A stretch of 64,000 nt of DNA from NCBI RefSeq assembly GCF_009914755.1, contig NC_060927.1. The stretch is one strand, 5' to 3'. Positions 1 through 12,371 of this stretch are shown one piece after another; within the stretch, counting starts at the first letter, position 1; each line of letters begins with the position of its first letter. The notes under the pieces were generated by a model. It was given only the letters and a program-made list of their open reading frames with translations. It had not been told where the DNA came from and searched no databases. The stretch comes from the human T2T-CHM13v2.0 reference genome, Homo sapiens. Position numbers and translations under genes: made by a program.

Positions 1-212
1 GGAAATCATGTTAACCTCACTTGAATTTATGCCTCACAAAGAGGTACTGATTCTCAAGACTTTCTGCCATTATTTGTCATTTCTTCCAGGCCAAACACTA
101 GACAGACCCTAGCACAGCCTCGATGGAGAAGAAATAGCCTAAATGTCAATGGAACTTATGGAACTTTTTACTGTGTGCCAACAAGACCTAGGGGACATTT
201 GTGGGAGCAGCT

Positions 213-467
213 TGTGTGTGGAGTCCTCATGAATGGAATTAGTGTCCTTATAAAGAAGTCCCAGAGAGCTGCTCTGCCCCTTCTGCTATGTGAAGACACT
301 GTGAGAAGTCAGCAGTCTGTAACCTGGAAGAGAGCCCTTACCAGAACTTGACCATGCTGGCACTCTGATCTCGGATTTCCAGCCTCTAGAACTGTAAGAA
401 ATAAATTTGTGTTGCTTATAAGCCACTCCATCTATGGTAATTGTAGTAGCCCAAACAGACTAAGACA
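213..467 (+). mobile_element. MaLR LTR 3' part (MLT1A/MST-like)
   Basis: Typical 'GAACTGTAAGAAATAAATT...TAAGCCAC...CTAAGACA' 3' end. Confidence 0.8.
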
Positions 468-906
468 CTGCTGTGACAAATAACCATAAACCAGTGGCCT
501 AAAACAACATTAATTTATTATTTCACAGTTCTGGAGGCCAGAGGTCCTAAATCAAGGTGTCAGCAGGGTTGGCTCCTTCTAGAGGCCAACCCTGAGGGAG
601 AATGGATTCCGTGCCTCCCTCCTAGCTTCTGGTGGTTTCCAGCCATTTTTGGCATTTTCGACTTGTAAATGCTTTTATCTTCACATCATGTTCTCCTCTG
701 TGTGTCTCCGTGCCTTCTCTTTTGCTGTCTTTGAAAAAATACATTTTGTCATTGGATTTAGGGCCCATGCTATATCCAGGATGATGTCATATTGAGATTC
801 TTAATTATATCTGCAAAGACACTATTTCCAAGTAAGGCTGTATTCACAGGTATTGGGGCTTAGGACTTGTACGTATATTTTTGGGACCACCATGTAACCC
901 ACAACA
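468..906 (-). mobile_element. MaLR LTR (MLT1B/C-like), directly abutting the previous LTR tail-to-tail
   Basis: 'GTGGCCTAAAACAACATTAATTTATT...CAGTTCTGGAGGCCAG...ATCAAGGTGTCAGCAGGG' antisense MLT1 motifs. Confidence 0.8.
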
Positions 907-1089
907 TAGGTCTTTAGAGTGTTAAGTCAGGCTCAGGGCAGATTATAAAACTGGATGTAACAGAATTCTTGACACAAGTGCATGTTCTCCTGATTGTTGG
1001 ACCAACAAGTTGGCTTGGTAAGGGCAGTTTTATTCCTTGCTGATCTGGTCTTCCAGCTAACCCACAGACTTGCTGTAGGGATCAGAATC

Positions 1090-1300
1090 AACTACTGCCA
1101 CCTTAGTTGACCCATAGACGTGCAGTTAGGAGCCACAATAGCCACCCTGGCCACCACAGCCTAGAGTGGAGGCACTCAGCCAAGTGCATTATAGATCAAC
1201 TGAGTTCCAGCTGACCACAGGTACATGAGTGATAACAAATGATTATTTTAAGTGCTTGAGTTTTGAGGCAGTTTGTTTTGCAGCAATAGCTAACTGATAT
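1090..1300 (+). mobile_element. Old MLT1 LTR 3' fragment
   Basis: Ends 'GTTTGTTTTGCAGCAATAGCTAACTGATAT'. Confidence 0.6.
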
Positions 1301-2745
1301 AGAGATTAGCACATATCTCCAGAAATCAATAGGCATTGCTTTTTGGCCTTTTGGCTAAGATCAAACATAGAAATCAATAGGTAAATAATCAGTAAGACTT
1401 TAAAGGATTTAAATAACAAGCTTGATATAACAGCTATATAAAGAAAGCTGTACCCAACATCAAAGTGGAAACATTCTTTTTAAACAAATGTGGAAAATTC
1501 ACCAAAAATAAGCATATTTTAGGCTTAAAAGCACATTTCAATTTTTTCCAAAAAGAAAAACTCTGTAAGCAAATTTATAATAAACAAATTATAGCAAAAA
1601 AGAAAAACTAAATTTAAAATCTCCCCAAAATGATTTATTGGATTAGAATAGAAATAATCCTTCCAAAATATATGAATGTCAGCAAGAAAAAATGAAACAA
1701 CTTATAGACCAAATTAGAAATTAATGAGAAGAGGCATTACATATACAAATCTCTGGGATACAGCCAACCATACTAAAAATAAGTACAGCCTTAAACATTT
1801 ATTAGAAAATATGATATTTTTAAAATAAGTAAACTGAGGTTTCAACTGAAGAAGCTAAGAAAAAAAATCAAAGTAATCTTCAAAGTAAACAGTAAATATA
1901 AAAACAGAGGCCAATGAAATGGAACAATAGAACCCATAAGAGTACTTTTTTTTTTCTTTTTCATTTGGGGGGAAACACAAATAAAATAGACAAGTGGTGA
2001 CAAGTTTAATCAAGATAAAATGAGAGGACACTAATAAACAACATTAGGAATGATGAAGCTGCCATAACTGCAAATGCAGCGGAATTTCACAAAATTGAAG
2101 AGAATGTTATATACAATTTTGTAATAGCAAATTTCATAGTTGGAGAAAAAAATCCACATGATTTTCGAGGCGTCAAATGGCCAAATTGGCAAAAGAAATA
2201 GGAAATTTAAAAAGACCAAAAAACATAGAGGAGAGTGGTCTAATATCCACACCAAAATGTCACCAAGTCCACTTAATTCTTCTGGCAAGTTCTACCAGAC
2301 TTTCAAGGAACTAAAAATTTCATATTACTTAAGTAAAACTTCTATTTTACTTAATCAAGTAAAAATATGGAAATCTTCCCAATATATGTTGCAAGTCTAC
2401 CATAACTATGATACCAAAATCAGAAAAAGGAAGAAAGAAGAAAAGAAAGCTGTAAGCCTAGATCATTTTATAAAGATGAACATTATGGGAGAAAAAAGGG
2501 CAAATTAAATCCAGCAATATATTAACGATCAGCTTCATTCCAGCTATGCAAACATGACTTAACTTTAGGAAAATTTCAATGTAAGTCACTGTATTAACAT
2601 GTTAAGGAAGAAAAACATATGCACATTTTGATACATAGTGAAAAAATATTTGAAAAAAATCAACTCATTCCAGAAAGCAAAATGAAAGCACTCAAAATAG
2701 GAATAGAAAGAACTTTCCTAAAATATAAACATATTGTTAGAAATT
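1301..2745 (+). mobile_element. Ancient L1 (L1M-type) ORF2 remnant, endonuclease end to early RT
   Basis: A-rich. ORF 2140-2508 contains SPSPLNSSGKFYQTFKE, resembling L1 ORF2 SPGPDGFTGEFYQTFKE. Confidence 0.8.
1335..1364 (+). pseudogene. 3'-truncated (tailless) U2 snRNA retrocopy
   Basis: ATTGCTTTTTGGCCTTTTGGCTAAGATCAA matches U2 nt 1-30 at 27/30 (all differences C>T). Flanked by a perfect 13-bp direct repeat AGAAATCAATAGG at 1321-1333 and 1369-1381. Confidence 0.88.
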
Positions 2746-2754
2746 GACTGCATA

Positions 2755-3603
<849 letters not shown>

Positions 3604-3919
3604 AGAAATTGACCACATCCAAAGCATCTCACGGCCTGCACTCTTCTCCAACTCCCAGGCTGGAAGCCAAGGGATGTTAGTGGGGTTCTGTTGGGCAGCA
3701 GGTCTTCCATGGTTTTCTCCCCACAAGTGCTTCCTTTACTTGTAGTGAGTTATGCATCAGTCAGCCCATCTCTGGATCTGATCTCATTTCACCATGAAGA
3801 TATTCCTGAGTGTTTCTGGCATTGGGAAGTATTATTTCCCAGCTTTCGCTTATATTTCTTTGACCATCCTAATTGAAATTTGAAAAAAGGATGAGGGGTT
3901 TTAAAGAATAGGTTTAGAA

Positions 3920-3996
3920 GAATGGTTCCCAAAATTTAGTATAAATTAGAATCATCTGAGAGTCTTTTTAAAATATAGAGACCTGGGTTCATCCCA
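3920..3996 (+). mobile_element. MER5A-like hAT-Charlie fragment
   Basis: 'TGGTTCCCAAAATTTAG...TTAGAATCATCTGAGAGTCTTTTTAAAATATAGA'. Confidence 0.55.
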
Positions 3997-4486
3997 AGTA
4001 ATTTTTAACATAACTTTTCCCCAATTATATTAACAATGCATATTCATTGTTGAAATTTTGAATAAAAAAGTATATAGAGAAACACTGTTTTGAGAATAAA
4101 ACCACAGACTTGAAAAATTTTGAAATGTGACTTTTGGGGGAGTTTCCTCCAGCCAGAAGTAGATGATAGTTTCACCTCATTTATTTTTTATATATAACAC
4201 AAGATTCCTTCCCACTTTTCAGAAAGTGTTTTGAGAGCTATAGGAGGAGGTCCTTGTATTTAAACAAACAAAAAAAGAAATACATGAAAGTTAGAATATA
4301 CATTTGAAAAGTATTCAAGTATACATTCTGATAGTAGGGTGAGTAAAGTTAAAAAAGGTAAAATATAAGTAAGAAAGGTGGTTTAGATATATATTAGTAA
4401 TGGAATTACAGAATTTGTTTAGCATTTTTAGCTTTTAGAATATATGACATAAAACTCTTAGGAAAAAGGTACTGATTTCTCTCATC

Positions 4487-4488
<2 letters not shown>

Positions 4489-4526
<38 letters not shown>
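4489..4526. repeat. (CA)n microsatellite
   Basis: About 19 CA units. Confidence 0.95.
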
Positions 4527-4529
<3 letters not shown>

Positions 4530-4732
4530 GCTTACATAGTTTCACAATTCATTAATCAGCAAAATTTGGGGAATATTCTTCAGTATTTTTACTTTGTATA
4601 ATATGTGAAACTGATTTAAATTGTATTTGATGTTTTATAGCTGCTGTTTAATGTAACAGTACACTGTGAAAATGTGCTTCTGTCAATAAATATACTAGAT
4701 CATATCTATCAGTGGTTGCATCATACTTCCTT

Positions 4733-5119
4733 TGTATTCATCAGGATAGGCTAGGTTATGTTGTAGTAACAAGCAATCACCAAATCTCACAGTGTATTTT
4801 TCTTCAGGTTACTTGTGGGGACTCTGCTGCTCTATGTCACTGTTGACATTATTCCTTGACCCTGGCTTACAGAGCAACCATATTTAGGACATTGCTGGTC
4901 ACCGCAGCAGAGTGAGCAGAGAGCTTGAAGGTCTAGCACTGTTAACCAAACACTTGGATTGGGATGAACACATATTACTTTTGCTTACAATTCATTGGAT
5001 AGAATAGGTTGCATGACCCTACCCAAGTAGAAGGGGCTAGGAAATGCAGTCCTGTGATATATCCCAAAGGTGAAGAATCAACCAGAAATATTCAGTGGGC
5101 AGCATTAATGACTACTACA
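4733..5119 (-). mobile_element. MLT1J/K-like LTR
   Basis: 'TCAGGATAGGCTAGGTTATGTTGTAGTAACAA...ATTAATGACTACTACA'. Confidence 0.75.
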
Positions 5120-5676
5120 TATACATGTGCTGTAATTTATTGAACCAGTCCCCCATATTTGTACATTTATTATATTTCTGCTTTCTCTTTTATGATAATT
5201 AGCATCCTTATAAATATTGCTTGGTTTCTTTTCTTCTTGGTAGCAGAATTTCTAGATCAAAGTATACATATATTTTAAGGCTTTTGTTCCATATTTAACA
5301 AATCACACTCTAGAAAGGTTTTATCTGTTTATAGCCTCACTGGATATTGGACACACTACCTCAAGTCCCAGGAATCAAACTCTAAGGTCTCCAGAAAAGC
5401 TCTGTGGGAGGAATCCTCTGTCTCATGGATGTCCCCTGTCTGCCCACATTTGTGTGTTCTGGGTCTGGGAACCTACAACACTCTGTCTGTTGTAGGTTCA
5501 AGCTTTTATGATAATATCTCTATTTTCTTTACTCATGAAATAAAATTGGTGCATGCTGAGTCCTTGGTCCCAACGCTTTCCTCCCAGACACTGCAGAACT
5601 GCAGATGTTACTCTACTGCTTTCTGGAATGCAGTGCTCTAAAGAGGAGGTTGGAACTTTTTGTCTCTTATAATTTA

Positions 5677-5795
5677 CTTTTTTTTTTTTCAGACAGGGTC
5701 TTGCTATGTTGCTCAGGCTGGTCTTGCCTCAAGCAATCCTCCCACCTCGGCCTCCCAAAGTGCTGGGATTGCAGGTTTGAGCCACCACACCTAGC
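5677..5795 (-). mobile_element. FLAM (Alu monomer)
   Basis: Poly-T followed by an antisense Alu left monomer. Confidence 0.85.
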
Positions 5796-7080
5796 TATTA
5801 TTTGCTCTTGTTGTTTGAAGATTTAGTCTTATGAATAAAGTACCTATTCATTTATCAACCATATATCAGAACTTACCCCTCAAAAGTGGCCCCCATTTAT
5901 TTTGCGACAGGGGGCAGTGTTCAAAGTTTTGTCTTGTATTGTTCACAAACTGCCATGTGGCATGTGCCTTTCTCTTCCTTTCTCTTCCTATTTGTTTCCA
6001 TTGCTTCCTGCAAAGCTGCCTGGAGAGGATCCTTAGTTGGCAGGGCCTATCTTTAGTGATTTTGGAACTTGCATTCTATCCTGTCACACTGTCTTCTGGG
6101 AATGTACCACCCCTTCATAAACATACACACACAGAACTCAATTTTTGTTGTTTGCCTATATATATATATAACTTGCCCAATTTTGTTTTGAAGCTGACCA
6201 ATCCCCAAATTTATTGGGAGTAGCATAATGAGCCAGAAATCACTTTGGCTGGGGCAGCTTGATACACACTGTAAATGCATGACAGCCCTCAGCATGTGGG
6301 CTTAATGGATAAATGAGGAGTGGAGTGAGCAAGTCTGGGGAAGCTTAGCCATAGAGGCTTGTTTCATTGCCATCCACGTACTTGTGAGCATCAGCTACAA
6401 AGGACGGCAAGTTGTTAGGAAGATCTCCATCCCCTGCCACTGGGAAAATTTTTCTTGTTTGATAGGGAACCCAGAGAAATTCCTCTTTAGTTACAGGGGG
6501 AGGGGGCATGCCTTCACATTAACAAAACTGAGTTTGGGTAATGCTTCCTTTAAAAACTTTCTTTTAAAAAGCGTGGGTCTGTCTATGATGAACATAATAA
6601 ATTTTTATTGCAGACATTTTGGAAAATTTTTTAAAGCATCAAAGAAAACAACGATCAGTCATAATTCACCATCTAAATATGACTACTCTTAGTTTTTTAC
6701 AAATTCTTTTACTTTTAAAAATGAATATATGCTAGATGTCTTATAAAAGTGATTGTATTGATGTGAAGTTTTATATCTTGCATGTTTCATTTCACATACC
6801 TTGAGCATGTATCCTTCTAAACCTGACATTTTTATTCTGAAGTGAAAAACCCTCTCTGTCTTTGCAATCCCTTTTTCAGAAGTAATCACTTTAGCAATTT
6901 GACACTAAGTAACCACGTTAGCAATTTGACACGTATTCATCCAAGTATTTTCTGTGTTTATACAGATACAAAAAAAAGCTTTAAACCCACGTATCCCTTT
7001 TTGTTTGGAATTACGTTCTATGTATGGTTTACTTTTGTTCACTAAACAATGTATTTACTTAGTTATTTACTATTTTTTTT

Positions 7081-7309
7081 CAGCCTGAGCAACATAGTGA
7101 GACCCCAACCCTACAAAAAAATTTTAAAACTTAGTTGGCCTGGTGGAGCACACCTGTAATTTTAGCTACTTGGGAGGCTGAGGCAAGGGAATCACTTGAG
7201 CCCAGGATGTCAAGGCTGCAGTGAGCTATGATTGTGCCACTGTACTCCATCCTGTAGATTCTCTTACGTTTTTTTTATTTTTTATTTTTGGTGACGTCTT
7301 GTTGCCAGG
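7081..7309 (+). mobile_element. 5'-truncated AluJ whose 3' end appears inverted (7255-7305)
   Basis: Alu body runs to CTCCATCCTG (7254). The reverse complement of 7255-7305 reads GCAACAAGACGTCACC plus an A-rich tail. Confidence 0.75.
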
Positions 7310-7729
7310 GACTAAGAATCCTGGATACCTTCTCAGGGCACAGCAAGGAACTCCATCTCACTTTGAAAAACAGGTACAGAGTATTTCATGAATAATTTAT
7401 TTAACTATTCATCTACACTTTTAGGTTGGTTCTAATATTTATGTTTTGACTGACAATGTTCGTCTTATTTGTCTAACACTCTGCTAGCCCAGATGATGAG
7501 GAAAGTGGTAATTAATTCAGCAAATGGATTAATTACACTCTCATATTAACCACCACCTCTCTTCTGGATATGCTATTTAAAAATACTTATTGCTATTATA
7601 TCTAATTAGCACTGCATTTGGGTTTTCTACTGCTACTGTTTTAAAAATTGAAGTAATTTCATGTTTATGATGAAGCTTTTAATGGATTAGATAAAATGGG
7701 AATTTACTAAGAAGTTTCTGGGACCCATC

Positions 7730-8125
7730 TGTGGTAGTGTGAACTAAATATTTGACCCTTGCTCCCACGCTCTGGCTTACAACTCCTAATATCCTTAGAA
7801 TCTCCAAAGCGAGGTATGCTATTGAGACTGGTGGCTGGCAGCCCCTAGGTAGCTTCAGGATGGGGGCTCATCACAGTGAAGACCAAGGCACAATTAAGAG
7901 GGTTGAGACTATTCAGCCCACCCATAACCTCTTGGGAGGAGAGGAGCCAAAGGTTAATTTCACTAATGGCCAATTAGCTAATCAAGCCCCCATAAAAGCC
8001 CAAAAGGACAGAGTTTGGAGTGCCTGTGGAAAGCACACCTCAACTCCATGGGGACAGACACTCCTGTGCTCAGGACAATTCTAGGCCTTCTCAAATGTGT
8101 CCCTTCATCTGGCTGTTTATTTGTG
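7730..8125 (+). mobile_element. MER21-family LTR fragment
   Basis: 'GGTGGCTGGCAGCCCCTAGGTAGCTTCAGGATGGGGGCT...AAGACCAAGGCA...CTTCATCTGGCTGTTTATTTGT'. Confidence 0.75.
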
Positions 8126-9061
8126 GCTGCTCTTCAGTCATATCACCTCTATTCCAGCTGAATTTTACAATTCAAATCCATGATTTTATATTTGTGAGCA
8201 TTAAATTTTGTCTGGCTTGCTTTGGCCTGTGCTTCCTATCTATTGATCTTCATTTTGTTGAGCAACACAGTTTGCTGTTATCCACAGTTTCCATCTGCAG
8301 GCCTTGCTCACCCAGGGTATGCGAGTCATCTGTGGCTGGTACAGAGTCCATGATGTTCCAAGGAGTTACTCATTCCATCTGTACTCATTCAGTCTCCATC
8401 TTTTAGGGGTTATGCTATCCAGATGAACAAATATAGGTCCTCAGCTCAGGAACTTCCTTTCTATATAGAAGGAGGCTGGAATGAAGATAGATGGCCATCC
8501 CAGTAGAATGTGGTCTATGGCAATAGAAGAAAGTGTTCTGGGGGCACAGGAGAAACATCCAACCATTATGGGATGGCAGAAGGTCACAAAAGACTACCAA
8601 GATTCACTGCTTAGTCTTCTACCAAGTTTTTACTGCCGCCCTAATTCTCTTTGCCTCCTTTATGATAACACTCACTTTGGAGGGCCACCCTTCCCTGATT
8701 GCTGTCTAAGCCTTTGGGCAGGGGCACCCACTGTCAGCTCCAGGGAGCATTACCCAATCAGTAAATTCCAAAGCCCAAGTTGCCAGACTCAGCATGGAGC
8801 AGACATCATGGAAGGGAAGTAAAAATCAAAAGATACATCAATTTATGTGTTCTTTATTCCCTCTGTTTCCCCCTTCCCTTCACCTCATTGAAGTCAGCTT
8901 GGTGGTCATTGCTTCATGGGAGGTATGTGGCAAGTCAGAAAACAGAACTACCCTAGAAGTCTTGCTGGCTTTTTATACTTAGAAGTGAATTCCTGAGAAT
9001 AATTTAGTTGAAGAAACAGGAAAGGAGAAGGATTTTCCCCAGACTAAAAATAGATTGTTCC

Positions 9062-9417
<356 letters not shown>

Positions 9418-9697
9418 TTAGAGGTGCATTACCCTGTTTTTTTGGTAGCCCTGTTAGAGCAAGATTCCAGAGAAAGACACATTTCAGAAAGACTTCCAGC
9501 ACAGGAATAGTTGAGACCTGCCTAGCCTTGAAGGAGTCAGGAGGACAGGATAACAGATGTCATTGTGACTTCCCATAGGTACTGATGACTGAGGACCAAA
9601 TAGCTTTCCCCTACTCCCAGTGCCTTAGAAAGACCCTAGGCTTGTGTGGGGTTCCCAAGAAAAGCTGAGGTTGTTTTTCTTGTAGCCAAGCAGGGCA

Positions 9698-9743
9698 ATA
9701 TTTGTATTTTTTGTAGAGACAGAGTTTCGCCCTGTTGCCCAGC
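9698..9743 (-). mobile_element. Isolated Alu fragment of about 45 bp
   Basis: TTTGTATTTTTTGTAGAGACAGAGTTTCGCCCTGTTGCCCAG. Confidence 0.7.
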
Positions 9744-12074
9744 CCTCAGGCCCAGGGCTTGAGTTGGAAATTAAGTAGAGTAGTGGACTATAAAGTAAGT
9801 TCTAGTTATTGGACTCCTTAGTTCATGAGCTGAAAGGTACACTCATCGCACACCCAAGGATATTTTAATTCCCTTCTGCCCCTATTTCATTCCACCTTCT
9901 TTCCTTTCAAATGGTTTCTAAGACAGTGTAATCAAATAATCACCTTGGAGCTCCATCTAACTCATATAGTGTCCATCCTCAAATTTGCTCTGTCCTGTAC
10001 AGCAGTGTTCTTAGTAAAGCAACATTAGACAAAACTCAGCACCATGGTAGAGAGAGGCAGATCCCACTCTACCCACCCAAACACCACTGGACACACACCA
10101 ATAGACAGCTTTGAGGACAGACAATCCAAACAGCATTCCAAATCCATTTTTCTGGGTATCAAAAGTCAAAAGAAAGTTATTTAAGTGACTCAAATAGAGA
10201 TTAAGGCTTTATTCAACGGATACACATCAGAGAGATTAAAGACTTTGTTCAACTGATACATATCAGAGAGCATCTAGAGGACAGCTGACCCTAGATTAAA
10301 GTGGGGTTGGGATTTTATAAGACAGGGGAAAGCTGAATGCCTGAACTAGTGGTTTTGGCTTAGGTAGCATTTTTCACTTTCATCAAAACTCATAGTTGGA
10401 GGTCATTCCACTTTTGTGCCTCTTGCTTAAGTCATTGGTAAAATTCTAATACTATCAAAATAGTATTTTCTACGAAGTATTTTGGCAAGCCTCGTGGCTT
10501 AAGGAAAAAAATTCCTGGACATATTTTAAAAATAATTATACTGAGGTATCTGTGGGAGTTGTTTGCAAAGATGCCGAGGGGACCTGTGGCTCACTGGGCC
10601 TGAAGAGCTGTAAACCAATCTGACTTTACATGGATTTGTGATAGAGGTGAGGAAATGAGAGGTTTAGAGGACAGGAGGCTGCAGCCATGACGTTTAAGGC
10701 TTTGGAGTTAAGGCAGTTGCAGGTTATGCCAAGTTCTAGGTGGCCATGACTTTCTTTCTGAAGCATTAGGTTGAAGCATATGCAATAATTGACGTTGTTG
10801 GTCAAAACCAGTATAATATCAGGAATTTTATAGGGCTCAACCTAAATAAATATGGGCAAAAGTCAATATGGTTGAGTTGCTGAATTTGGTTTCAGGCCAA
10901 AGAACCTTGCTTATATATATATCCTCTGTCCCTCTAACAAAACAACTAGCTAGTTTTATCTTTTCACTTTTCTATGTTCACCTCACCTCACTGCTCATTT
11001 GCTCTTGGAAACCTGGCTGTTGTGTTGGAAAAAAGTGGATCTAGTTCTGCCTTTGCCATTGGAAAACATACTTTGAGCTTTGTCCATCTCAGATACTTCA
11101 AAAACCCTTGTATATGTCATTCAGTCTATGTGATTGAAATCTAGGAGCTATCACTCCTAAATTGAGAGACAGAAATAAAATTTTAAAACAATTTTCTTAA
11201 CAAACATATTACAAATAATTAATCTTAAATGGCAGCAAAATGTATCCCTGGTGTCTGAGCCAAAGTTAATATGTACACTTTTCAGAGCCCCTGCTAAGCT
11301 GCCTATTGCATTTGCTGGAATATGGCACTAACAGGAGGAACCGCATTCTCATGACCAGATACTAAATGAACATCATTCCAAAGAATTACCATAATATCCT
11401 TTATATCTTATAATTGTATGAACTGACGCAAGCAGCACTGTCCGTCAAAGGCTTTATAAATGGCACAGAAAATAAGTACCCTGTGACTGGCATCTATTAA
11501 CAAAATGAACACCCCAGGCACACTATTTCATTACTCCCACTGGCTCCCAGAGGTATAATTAGGGTTGAATTTTTCATGAACATAAACATTATTTTCTTTG
11601 TCCACTATGCTATGCTTTGTGCCTGATTATTTTCAATACTCCACTCAGAAAAACAGAAAAGGAGAGAAGACAGGCATATCCTCACTGACTGAAAGTGATT
11701 CTGTGGCTTGCTTTAAGGGTGCCCAGGCCCCTAGCATGGAGCTTGGCGTCCACTTTCAGGCAGAGCTCTCCCAGACCTGCTTTGCCCACTCCTGGCTTAT
11801 GCTGAGGTTGGAGAAAGACCCAGCATAATCATCTGGAGCTCAGTATCTCTTGCAGAACTCCCAGGTTTTGGAGACGTAAATATATGGTCTTCACTGTTAG
11901 TCTACCTACTCTATAATTTTTAAGTCATTTTTTAAGAAAAATAAAAGTGATACGGCTGTGATTGTTCTTGTTCTTCCTCTCGGTTTATTTGGTTGGATGA
12001 TATCTGGTCTGATTTGCAGACATGTTTGAAATGCTTTGCCAGTGGAATTTATCAGCCATTGCCCCCAGAATCTT

Positions 12075-12352
12075 ACTAAAATATAAATCTAATAATGCCA
12101 TACTCTTGCTTAAAACCTTTCAATGATTTTCTATTACCAATGAAAGAAAGTCCAAGTTGAACGGCATAGCCTGTGGGGTCTTTGTAAGATGCCCCTGAAT
12201 GATCTCCATCTATGTTTCCTGTCTCTCCCTTAACAGGCAATCCACTGTCTAGCCACATTAAAGGTCTTATGATTCTCTAATTGTGCCTTTCTTTTACACA
12301 ATCCTGGGATATAATTTTCCTACATCTCCACCTTGCTAAAAGTAACCCTTAA
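12075..12352 (+). mobile_element. L2 fragment (probable host of the EIF4B retrocopy)
   Basis: 'AAATCTAATAATGCCATACTCTTGCTTAAAACCTTTCAATGATTTTCTATT'. Confidence 0.6.
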
Positions 12353-12371
12353 AAGTAAAATCAAGCCTTGG

